Part shown: one piece after another, positions 30,169 through 38,004 of the stretch
Position numbering within the stretch: the stretch's first letter is position 1
Layout of the letters: each line of letters begins with the position of its first letter
IMG/VR virus record: IMGVR_UViG_2706794695_000013
From: a virus
Lineage: Duplodnaviria > Heunggongvirae > Uroviricota > Caudoviricetes
Strand: one strand, 5' to 3'
DNA length: 38,573 nt
Notes under the pieces: model-generated
The model's input: the letters and a program-made list of their open reading frames with translations, nothing else
Told to the model about the DNA's origin: nothing
Databases searched by the model: none
Translations under genes and position numbers: made by a program

Positions 30169-30662
30169 TAAGCCCCCACGTAATTCCCTGACAGATACCA
30201 CTCTTCACCCGATGCAGCGCGCTTGCTGCTTTTCCGTAAGCACCGCTCACGACGCGCCAGAAAATTGTTTCGTTCTGGCTGGGAGTGGCTTTCACGGAAT
30301 GCCGCCATCCACACCGTTGCAGCACGACGGTATAAGCCCCTGGACTCCAGTTCTTCCGCCTGGCGGGTCAGGCACAAAATCACCCGGGGATCGTTAGTGC
30401 CGACATAGAAATTGCGCACAGGTCTGGTTTCACGAACTGGTTGTGGTTCCGGCTCCTGCGCTCTCTCAGTCAGGCGTGGGAAATGTCTGCGTGTATCTCC
30501 TTCATAACGGTGAGCCACACGCCCACTCTGACGTAACTTGCTTGCTGACTGCAGAACGCGCTGCCGTGAGTAACCTGCAAAAGCATCCGCAATGTCTCCG
30601 GAAGTACACCCCGGATGGGCTTCAATGAATTTCTGAACTTCATTCAAAAGACTCATGATCAC
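30168..30662 (-). CDS. PerC-family (Pch-like) transcriptional regulator with N-terminal extension
   Basis: C-terminal ELESRGLYRRAATVWMAAF fits the PerC signature L-E-x2-G-L-W/Y-R-R-A-A-x2-W; track start is GTG, ATG at about 30656. Confidence 0.5.
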   Translation of the reverse strand: MIMSLLNEVQKFIEAHPGCTSGDIADAFAGYSRQRVLQSASKLRQSGRVAHRYEGDTRRHFPRLTERAQEPEPQPVRETRPVRNFYVGTNDPRVILCLTRQAEELESRGLYRRAATVWMAAFRESHSQPERNNFLARRERCLRKSSKRAASGEEWYLSGNYVGA

Positions 30663-31477
30663 CCCCTGAATCCTGCCGGGATCTGGCTGTAGTCCACGTT
30701 GTCGTAACTGGCTTTGAAGTACGGGTCCTCGCGTCTGGCTGCAGATACCGCAGGAACTTCCCAGAATTCTTCGAAATGACGATCCGGACCAAAGAACGTG
30801 ACAGCCTGTTTCACAAATTGTGTGCCGCTGTTACCCATCGCAGATACCCATCCCGCGTAGCGTTTCACACCTTCCAGCATGGTTTCGGGGTTTACTCCCT
30901 CATTCAAACGGGCTTTCCAGGCTTTGAAGGCTGCAGATTTTGAATTGCCACCAGCACGTTTGGGATATGCCAGCCATGCCTGCTCAAACTCCGGAGAGTA
31001 TTCCGGTCGGTTTGAACGAACTCGCACGGACTCATCAACTGATGCACCAACAGCTATTGGTTCATTGACTGGTTCTTTGACTGGTTCAAAAGAGTGACTG
31101 GTTCTGGGTGAATCTCCTGCACTACCCCCTGGTGCAACTCCTGCACTACCTGGTGAATTTGCTGCACCAGATAGTGAATTATTTGCACTACCCCCTAGTG
31201 AATCTCCTGCACCATCCAGATGAAGGAGATAGATATTACTTGAGTTACCTTTTTCACCTTTCCGGGTGACTTTTTTTACCAGCCCGGACTCACAAAGGGC
31301 CGCAATATGATTCATCACAGAACGTTTGCTAATTTCGCACTGGTCAGCAATATGCTGGTAGCTGGGCCAGCACTCACCCTGATCGCTGGCATTATCAGCC
31401 AGCTTGATCAGAACCAGTTTTCGCAATGGATTACCCACTCGAATTTTCATCGCTTTAACCATCAGCTCCATACTCAT
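30659..31477 (-). CDS. Replication initiator, lambda O-like (HTH N-terminus, iterons inside the gene)
   Basis: 272 aa; central repetitive Gly/Ser/Ala linker is encoded by the iteron array, as in lambda O. Confidence 0.7.
   Translation of the reverse strand: MSMELMVKAMKIRVGNPLRKLVLIKLADNASDQGECWPSYQHIADQCEISKRSVMNHIAALCESGLVKKVTRKGEKGNSSNIYLLHLDGAGDSLGGSANNSLSGAANSPGSAGVAPGGSAGDSPRTSHSFEPVKEPVNEPIAVGASVDESVRVRSNRPEYSPEFEQAWLAYPKRAGGNSKSAAFKAWKARLNEGVNPETMLEGVKRYAGWVSAMGNSGTQFVKQAVTFFGPDRHFEEFWEVPAVSAARREDPYFKASYDNVDYSQIPAGFRG
31107..31217. repeat. Iteron array (candidate origin), about five imperfect ~22-bp direct repeats
   Basis: ggtgaatctcctgcactaccccct / ggtgcaactcctgcactacct / ggtgaatttgctgcaccagata / gtgaattatttgcactaccccct / agtgaatctcctgcaccatcc, followed by an AT-richer stretch. 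Confidence 0.6.
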
Positions 31478-31710
31478 GCTGCACCTCCGAGATGCTTCAT
31501 GTTTTTTCCGGAGCGAAAGGCTATAAGCGGCATACTGACGCGGTAATTACGGCCCAGCGGTTCACAAATCACCTTCTGGCATTCACGGTCAACCAGGCTA
31601 ACACGTAGAACATGCCCTGCAGGCGTGGTGTACCACTGCCCAACTGTAGGAATTGATATTTTTTTACGCTGAAGCAAACGGCAAATATTGAGGATCAACG
31701 GATTAAGCAT
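31474..31710 (-). CDS. Hypothetical protein, 78 aa
   Basis: GGAGG SD 8 nt upstream of the ATG; overlaps both neighbours by a few nt (coupled translation). Confidence 0.45.
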   Translation of the reverse strand: MLNPLILNICRLLQRKKISIPTVGQWYTTPAGHVLRVSLVDRECQKVICEPLGRNYRVSMPLIAFRSGKNMKHLGGAA

Positions 31711-32539
31711 GACGATGCCCTCCGCTGATATTCAGGAGACGGTGAATATGAAAATTAGCCTTATCCGCCAGACGAATACGTTCAGCTTGCAAGTTAAGAA
31801 GGGTTTCTACCAGAACCTGATGTGCCTGCGGATCCGAAAGAGTTACCTTGCGCAGAGCACGTAGTGCAGTTGTTACATAACTGAGTTTATGTAAGTCTTC
31901 ATCATTCAGACGAGTGAGGGCTGGGACAGTAGCCATGATGGCAGCCTCCTTGATCGGTGAAATACTTCCACCACCGGAAACGCCAATTTCGCTGGTGGTG
32001 AACTGAACGGGGTTGGCGTAACCGGTGATCAAGGAAACCGGCGCATCTTTCGATGCCCCCGCCCAGCCCACCATAACTTTGATGTGAGCAAATGCGGACG
32101 ATAAAAAAGACGCTGGCGCGTCATATATCGCCTTGATCAATTCCAGGACGCCAATCCCGGCACCCGCTTTATAAGGTGCCTGAACAGTGTAACGTCCCGG
32201 AATGGCAGAATCAATGTGCTGGTGGTCCTTCACACTCAACAAAATCACGCCTGAATTTCCACAAAGGACTAAAGCACTCATGCGGGTAGTCTTTGCGAAG
32301 ATAGATAACGCGCTGTGTTTCTGGCTCCCAACGAATAACATGAACATAAAGTCCTCTTCCGTCACGAAACCAGCGGTTAAGTTCCTGCACAACTCGCCCC
32401 CCACAGTCAGGTAAAGTTCTCTGTGGTTACTTACAGCCAGGTGATTTGGTAATCTGCATTCATGCCGTAACAACAGGTGTTCAGCGACGCTGACCACCAG
32501 CTGTTGCGACAAACGGTTATTTGCCGTTAAACTGTTCAT
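31703..32539 (-). CDS. Hypothetical protein, 278 aa
   Basis: GGAG SD upstream of the ATG; ATGA-type overlap with the upstream gene; no Walker motif or recognisable family. Confidence 0.5.
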   Translation of the reverse strand: MNSLTANNRLSQQLVVSVAEHLLLRHECRLPNHLAVSNHRELYLTVGGELCRNLTAGFVTEEDFMFMLFVGSQKHSALSIFAKTTRMSALVLCGNSGVILLSVKDHQHIDSAIPGRYTVQAPYKAGAGIGVLELIKAIYDAPASFLSSAFAHIKVMVGWAGASKDAPVSLITGYANPVQFTTSEIGVSGGGSISPIKEAAIMATVPALTRLNDEDLHKLSYVTTALRALRKVTLSDPQAHQVLVETLLNLQAERIRLADKANFHIHRLLNISGGHRHA

Positions 32540-33099
32540 GCGTTAGTTTCTCCACAGACACAAAACGCCACGACGCCCGGAGCTGCACACTCGCGGGCGT
32601 CACTCTTTTCTGGAGCGCAAAAGATTTTGTAGACCAGTGCTGCATGCTCCTGGAGCTTCGAAATTGACAGATACAACTCATCATTAATTGCTGTCTGCTC
32701 GTGTGGCTCCACTACCCCATCTTCGATTGCCGAACGAATCTGCTTTGAGTAACTCCCGATCTGTTCGATGACTTCCAGCAGGCGCTGGTTTATATCGGCG
32801 TTCTCTACTTCCTCAATTTCAGGAAGCGATACAAACACCCCACCAGCAGACTGTGCGACAGCATCCGCAATGTAGTGAGTGCCAGCCGCGCGCTGTAAAA
32901 TCATTGCCCATCCCAGCGGGAAAATCTGATCGCCATCTGCACGAAGGCGGTTGAATAAAGCGTTCTCTGTTACATCCAGCCACTCAGCAGCTTCAGCGTA
33001 ACCCCCCGGCAACGCCGCGATAGTTTTTCTGACAGCTTTCACGTACCACTCAGGCTGTTTTTCTACTTTCCAGTGATGCTTACCCACGGTTAGCCTCAT
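32536..33099 (-). CDS. Hypothetical early protein, 187 aa (possibly a CII/CP76-like regulator)
   Basis: First gene after cro in the early-right operon; acidic C-terminal half; family assignment is from memory only. Confidence 0.45.
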   Translation of the reverse strand: MRLTVGKHHWKVEKQPEWYVKAVRKTIAALPGGYAEAAEWLDVTENALFNRLRADGDQIFPLGWAMILQRAAGTHYIADAVAQSAGGVFVSLPEIEEVENADINQRLLEVIEQIGSYSKQIRSAIEDGVVEPHEQTAINDELYLSISKLQEHAALVYKIFCAPEKSDARECAAPGVVAFCVCGETNA

Positions 33100-33130
33100 C
33101 GTTCTGTGGTTAAAAATTGAAGGTGTTCTG

Positions 33131-33331
33131 TTAATCTTTCGGATAGATATCCGGTCTTAAGTCAGATTTCGTAATTGCACCTGACGTGCATTGCTCAAGT
33201 TTTTTAGCCAGCACAAAACTGGCTTTTTTATAACCATTGAAAACCAGCCGTAAGTAGCCTGGTGTTGAGCCAACTTTTCCGGCCAACTCACCCTGCTGTT
33301 CTTTGGTTAAAGAGTCCCAATACGCTTTCAT
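33131..33331 (-). CDS. Cro-like HTH repressor (66 aa)
   Basis: Internal ATG at 33331 with GGAGG upstream; HTH-like segment GELAGKVGSTPGYLRLVFNGYKK; divergent from the repressor gene. Confidence 0.7.
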   Translation of the reverse strand: MKAYWDSLTKEQQGELAGKVGSTPGYLRLVFNGYKKASFVLAKKLEQCTSGAITKSDLRPDIYPKD

Positions 33332-33334
33332 ACA

Positions 33335-33407
33335 ATATGTACCTCCGGTATACATATTACATGATTGAGATGAACCTTCAAGATACTTGTACCTTATCGG
33401 TACAAAG
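33335..33407. promoter_or_regulatory. OR-like operator region between cro and cI
   Basis: Two near-palindromes sharing the core TGTACC-N(3-5)-GGTACA: atatgtacctccggtatacatat and acttgtaccttatcggtacaaag. Confidence 0.5.
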
Positions 33408-33421
33408 GTTTTAATTTCTTT

Positions 33422-34096
33422 ATGAAAACAGTCCATGACATCCGGCGGTCTAACGCCAGAAAACTGAGAGATGGTGTTGGCGGGAATTCTTCCTTTGCCA
33501 CCATGATTGATCGCGAGCCAACCCAGACCAGCAGGTTTATGGGAGATGGTGCAACTAAAAATATCGGTGACAGCATGGCACGGCACATCGAAAAATGTTT
33601 CGACCTGCCTGTCGGATGGCTTGATCAAGAACACCAGACAACGAACATCACAAAAAAACCTGACGTTTCAATCACTAACAAACAAATAACGTTAGTCCCT
33701 GTCATATCATGGGTACAGGCCGGAGCATGGAAAGAAGTTGGCTATTCTGAGGTTGATTTGAGCACAGCAGAAACTTATCCCTGCCCTGTACCCTGTGGCG
33801 AAATGACTTATATCTTGCGGGTGATTGGTGATTCAATGATTGATGAGTACCGCCCGGGAGACATGATTTTTGTTGATCCTGAAGTCCCTGCCTGCCACGG
33901 TGACGACGTTATTGCATTGATGCACGATACAGGCGAAACCACCTTCAAGCGGTTGATAGAAGATGGAACACAGCGTTATCTCAAAGCATTAAACCCAAAC
34001 TGGCCTGAGCCTTACATTAAGATTAACGGTAATTGCTCTATAATTGGTACAGTGATTTTCTCAGGAAAACCAAGAAGATACATAATAAAGGCCTAA
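33422..34096 (+). CDS. CI-type repressor with C-terminal S24 (LexA-like) autopeptidase domain
   Basis: 224 aa; catalytic Ser in VIGDSM and Lys in TFKRL; N-terminal DNA-binding region; divergent from cro. Confidence 0.85.
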   Translation: MKTVHDIRRSNARKLRDGVGGNSSFATMIDREPTQTSRFMGDGATKNIGDSMARHIEKCFDLPVGWLDQEHQTTNITKKPDVSITNKQITLVPVISWVQAGAWKEVGYSEVDLSTAETYPCPVPCGEMTYILRVIGDSMIDEYRPGDMIFVDPEVPACHGDDVIALMHDTGETTFKRLIEDGTQRYLKALNPNWPEPYIKINGNCSIIGTVIFSGKPRRYIIKA

Positions 34097-34107
34097 TCAA
34101 TATTTAT

Positions 34108-34131
34108 AACCTGCTTCGGCAGGTTTTTTTA
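34108..34131 (+). terminator. Rho-independent terminator after the repressor gene
   Basis: acctgc ttcg gcaggt followed by TTTTTTT. Confidence 0.7.
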
Positions 34132-34134
34132 TAC

Positions 34135-34163
34135 TTGACAATGTACCTTTGGGATACATAATG
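34135..34163 (+). promoter_or_regulatory. PL-like promoter with overlapping OL-like operator
   Basis: TTGACA, 16-nt spacer, CATAAT; the spacer carries atgtacctttgggatacat, the same motif as the OR sites. Confidence 0.5.
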
Positions 34164-34782
34164 TATCTAAAAGAAACACAGCACAGGCAAGATTAAACAA
34201 AATTTGGTTGTAACACGGCGTATGGCACATGCGTCGTTAGCGGTCTGGGGACGTTAAAGGGGACAATCCACTCCTTGCTCGGGCAAACAAACCAGGTAGC
34301 CGGAATGTGCAAGTCAATGATGATGCTGATAAGACGCCTAACCAGCGTGGCGATTCGGTTTGACGCCTGGGAAGAGACCAGGGTGCAACGATGAGGACAT
34401 TTATGGAACCGCGACAAAGTGTGGTGCCGTAACTGGCTAAGTGCTCTCAGCGTTGTGGTGAATGCGCAGGCTGATGCGCGAAAGACATTGCAGCTAATGC
34501 GGAAAAGAGCTGTTCGGCGGGGCAATTAAACGCCCGTGAGAGTCTGAAATAACCGCAAGCCGGAGATCAGCACCGGTCACCACAACAGCCACTGCTTTGG
34601 CGGTACCAGTTTGTACACTTGCTTCCGGCTGGTACCGCTCTTTTTACAAAACAGAGAAGAGCATCACCGGACGACGGGCTCATAACCAAATCCATCCGGG
34701 CGGCTGCCACCGCAGGTGTTCTTCTCTGTTTTGTGGAGAAACCAACCGACCTTGCAGGGTCGATATGATTAGGAGCAGCAAA

Positions 34783-35145
34783 ATGGCTAGCGAACGCAGT
34801 ACTGATGTGCAGGCATTTATTGGGGAGCTGGACGGCGGCGTATTTGAAACCAAAATCGGCGCAGTTCTCAGTGAAGTCGCTTCCGGTGTGATGAACACGA
34901 AAACCAAAGGTAAGGTCTCACTCAACCTGGAAATCGAACCATTTGATGAGAACCGTGTGAAAATCAAACACAAACTCTCATATGTTCGCCCGACTAACCG
35001 CGGGAAAATTTCCGAAGAAGACACCACCGAAACGCCGATGTATGTCAATCGCGGTGGTCGCCTGACTATTCTGCAGGAAGACCAGGGACAATTACTGACT
35101 CTTGCCGGTGAACCTGACGGAAAACTCCGCGCAGCAGGTCATTAA
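34783..35145 (+). CDS. Hypothetical protein, 120 aa (YfdP-like by recollection)
   Basis: ATG at 34783 with AGGAG 7 nt upstream (MASERSTDVQAFIGELDGG...); track ORF starts at an upstream TTG. Confidence 0.55.
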   Translation: MASERSTDVQAFIGELDGGVFETKIGAVLSEVASGVMNTKTKGKVSLNLEIEPFDENRVKIKHKLSYVRPTNRGKISEEDTTETPMYVNRGGRLTILQEDQGQLLTLAGEPDGKLRAAGH

Positions 35146-35210
35146 TATCGTTCTTAATTAACCGATTATTTATCTCATCACTGAATATCTTTATATAGTG
35201 AGGACTTATT

Positions 35211-36035
35211 ATGTCTCAGAACTTAGACGCAACCGCAATTAATCAAATCCATGCCCTTATTTCTGCTCAGGGTGTTAATGAAATTATCAGTAAGATTGGT
35301 GCCGATGCTGTGGCATTGCCTGAGAATTTCCGCATTCATGATCTGGAAAAATTAAATTTAAATCGTTTCCGTTTCCGTGGTGCGCTTTCCACTGCCAGCA
35401 TCGATGACTTTACTCGTTATTCTAAAGATCTTGCAGATGAAGGCACCCGCTGCTTTATCGATGCTGATAATATGCGTGCCGTCAGTGTTCTTAACCTGGG
35501 TACTATTGATGAACCAGGTCACGCAGATAACACCGCCACTCTCAAACTGAAAAAGACAGCTCCGTTCTCTGCTCTGTTGTCTGTTAATGGCGAGCGTAAC
35601 TCCCAGAAGTCACTGGCAGAATGGATTGAAGACTGGGCCGACTACCTTGTGGGCTTTGATGCTAATGGTGACGCCATTCAGGCAACCAAAGCGGCTGCGG
35701 CGATCCGTAAAATCACAATTGAAGCGAACCAGACCGCTGATTTTGAAGATAATGACTTCAGCGGCAAACGCTCCCTGATGGAGTCTGTCGAAGCGAAGAC
35801 CAAAGACATTATGCCAGTGGCATTTGAATTTAAATGCGTTCCGTTTGAAGGTCTGAAAGAACGTCCGTTTAAATTACGCCTCAGCATTATCACTGGCGAT
35901 CGTCCTGTACTGGTTCTGCGCATTATTCAGCTGGAAGCGGTACAGGAAGAAATGGCTAACGAATTTCGTGATCTGCTTGTTGAGAAATTCAAAGACAGCA
36001 AAGTAGAAACCTTTATTGGTACTTTCACCGCCTGA
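35211..36035 (+). CDS. Hypothetical protein, 274 aa (YfdQ-like / DUF2303 by recollection)
   Basis: Complete [24 protein letters not shown]...; co-oriented and adjacent to the 120-aa gene. Confidence 0.55.
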   Translation: MSQNLDATAINQIHALISAQGVNEIISKIGADAVALPENFRIHDLEKLNLNRFRFRGALSTASIDDFTRYSKDLADEGTRCFIDADNMRAVSVLNLGTIDEPGHADNTATLKLKKTAPFSALLSVNGERNSQKSLAEWIEDWADYLVGFDANGDAIQATKAAAAIRKITIEANQTADFEDNDFSGKRSLMESVEAKTKDIMPVAFEFKCVPFEGLKERPFKLRLSIITGDRPVLVLRIIQLEAVQEEMANEFRDLLVEKFKDSKVETFIGTFTA

Positions 36036-36047
36036 TTTCATTACTGC

Positions 36048-36069
36048 AAATGCCCCTGCGGGGGCATTT
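36048..36069 (+). terminator. Strong hairpin after the 274-aa gene (terminator-like)
   Basis: aaatgcccc tgcg ggggcattt, perfect 9-bp stem. Confidence 0.4.
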
Positions 36070-36223
36070 ACGGAAGCGATAATTTTAACTATTGCCGCCC
36101 CTATAAAGAACCATTAAACAATAACGTGACGTAGCTATTGATAGTAAATGAAGCACTTGCAAAATAATTGCATTGCGTATATATACACACATGTGTTGTA
36201 TTACAGCGATAATGGTAAAGCAA

Positions 36224-37006
36224 ATGATTAACTCTGAAGCAATTGAGCAACTAATGTGGCTATGGTCCTTATTTGACATTAAATTCTTATCTATTCTTGC
36301 CGCTGCCTTCACTATATATTTTGGCGTGCAAAAAATATCAAAAAAGGTGACAGTGTCGTATTCAGCAAATGCAAGTAGAATATATGACATGCATATATCA
36401 ACCATAATCCTGAATAATAAAAGAGATAATGCAATTGCTATATCTTCAATCAATATGGAGGTTGAAGGTAAAGGGATACTACAAGTTATTAAATTTGACT
36501 CCCCTCTTCTTTTAAAGAACTATGATTCTTTAAAAGTTGAACCACCAAAATTTAGCAGCCTTTACAATAATGATGGCGTAGTTAAGTTAGATATTTCTGA
36601 TAAGTTTCATTTTTATATAATCACGACATCTGGAGATGAAATTAAATGTATTTCTGAAAATAAATATGTAGCACCAAACATGGAAAACAAAATAGCTACA
36701 GACATAAGAAAATTTAATGGCATTGTCTTAACAAACAGAATGTCTTATATTTTTTTCTATGCAAATGACAACGGAGAGAAATACTGCATAATAGATGTTT
36801 CATTGTTCATAAATGGTGACAACCCATTTCATTTTAATTTTTTAAAAGAAGATGAATTAAGAGATTTTTCTAGCATCCTTATTAGTTACGGATATCACCA
36901 ACAGTTTAAAAGTTATGCATTGTTTAAAATAGACAACCATCTTGCTCCTTCTTTGGTTTTAAATAAATCAATGATAGAAAATAATATTATTGAAATGAAT
37001 AAGTAA
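36224..37006 (+). CDS. Membrane-anchored protein of unknown function, AT-rich cassette (start uncertain, 36173-36224)
   Basis: N-terminal hydrophobic helix LMWLWSLFDIKFLSILAAAFTIYFGV then a soluble domain rich in N/K/I/F; GC far below the neighbours; possible own promoter TTGCAA-17-TATACA near 36157-36185. Confidence 0.6.
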   Translation: MINSEAIEQLMWLWSLFDIKFLSILAAAFTIYFGVQKISKKVTVSYSANASRIYDMHISTIILNNKRDNAIAISSINMEVEGKGILQVIKFDSPLLLKNYDSLKVEPPKFSSLYNNDGVVKLDISDKFHFYIITTSGDEIKCISENKYVAPNMENKIATDIRKFNGIVLTNRMSYIFFYANDNGEKYCIIDVSLFINGDNPFHFNFLKEDELRDFSSILISYGYHQQFKSYALFKIDNHLAPSLVLNKSMIENNIIEMNK

Positions 37007-37042
37007 CTCACCGGGTGCAGCCGGTTATGATGGAGAAATGAT

Positions 37043-37324
37043 ATGAATACCTTGTTTTTACTGATGGCTGAATTCAATACCCCAAACATTGAACTCTCAG
37101 CAGTTAGTCAAAAATACTTTGGTATGAGTCCAGCCACAGCAGAAGCAAAAGCAAACGCTTGTAAGTTGCCTGTACCTACATATCGCATCGGTACATCACA
37201 AAAAGCAAAACGTTGCATCAATATTCAGGATCTTGCGGAATACATAGACAAAAGACGAGAAGAAGGACGTATCGAGTGGGAACAGGTCAGAACAGGCAAA
37301 CAGAAGGGCAAAGAACATCACTAA
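37043..37324 (+). CDS. PrtN-like small DNA-binding protein (regulator or excisionase-like)
   Basis: 93 aa; MNTLFLLMAEFNTPNIELSAVSQKYFGMSPATAEAKANACKLPVPTYRIG... resembles the PrtN / phage regulatory family. Confidence 0.55.
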   Translation: MNTLFLLMAEFNTPNIELSAVSQKYFGMSPATAEAKANACKLPVPTYRIGTSQKAKRCINIQDLAEYIDKRREEGRIEWEQVRTGKQKGKEHH

Positions 37325-37326
37325 AG

Positions 37327-37353
37327 AAAAAACCCGCCTAAAGGCGGGTTTTC
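37327..37353. terminator. Bidirectional rho-independent terminator between convergent genes
   Basis: aaaaaa cccgcc taaa ggcggg tttt. Confidence 0.7.
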
Positions 37354-37371
37354 AAAAAGCACCAGCTATGA

Positions 37372-37545
37372 TCATGCTGCTTTGCGACGACGAAGCTTAC
37401 CCTGCTGCTCTTTACCAGAGACAGTAGCGTGAGTGAACGCATTAGGAGCAGCCTTCATCAGAACTTCAACAGCAGCACCCATACCTGCGAATGCTTTCAT
37501 TGTGTCGAACTTAACCTGTGGCTTGGTTGCTTTTTGATCTTCCAT
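37372..37545 (-). CDS. Small basic protein, 57 aa (below the ORF-track length cutoff)
   Basis: My manual translation: MEDQKATKPQVKFDTMKAFAGMGAAVEVLMKAAPNAFTHATVSGKEQQGKLRRRKAA; GGAG 6 nt upstream; ends at the bidirectional terminator. Confidence 0.4.
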   Translation of the reverse strand: MEDQKATKPQVKFDTMKAFAGMGAAVEVLMKAAPNAFTHATVSGKEQQGKLRRRKAA

Positions 37546-37584
37546 AGAAAACTCCAGAAGCTATACCGAAACAATTCCTGTTGT

Positions 37585-38004
37585 TTACTCATCATCAATA
37601 GATGATACGCAATATTTATTTTTAAATTTAAGGTTCTTTGGCGTAACTTCATCAGATATATCAAAACCGTCCAGAATTCTATTGAATGTAGCTTCTGGCA
37701 TATCATCATGAACGGAAATCTCACCCGATCGCTGCTTTCTAACCATGTTATCCACTCGCCAAATTATAGCTTCAGCGTAAACAACATAACTTGGATGCTT
37801 GATAAAGCGATGATCACCAGAATTCAAGACGCAAGACGGATCGTGGGGGACACCATCCTTGATACTAGAAATATTAACAACTAAAACACAATAACAATCG
37901 TTAACGGGGTAATAAACAGGATCATTACAAATCACATGAAGATGATTGCATGGCCCAGTTGGGGCAAGCACAGTTCCTTTCCTGTATGGCTGATAATCCG
38001 TCAT
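37585..38004 (-). CDS. Hypothetical protein, 139 aa, translationally coupled to the Panacea-like gene (candidate toxin)
   Basis: ATGA overlap with the upstream stop at 38001-38004; Cys/His-containing MTDYQPYRKGTVLAPTGPCNHLHVICNDP...; no recognisable family. Confidence 0.55.
   Translation of the reverse strand: MTDYQPYRKGTVLAPTGPCNHLHVICNDPVYYPVNDCYCVLVVNISSIKDGVPHDPSCVLNSGDHRFIKHPSYVVYAEAIIWRVDNMVRKQRSGEISVHDDMPEATFNRILDGFDISDEVTPKNLKFKNKYCVSSIDDE

Noticed and set aside
34193-34525. 110-aa minus-strand ORF in the PL leader
   Set aside because: It is antisense to the expected PL transcript, has no convincing SD, and its composition is unlike the neighbouring genes; the region is treated as a non-coding leader.
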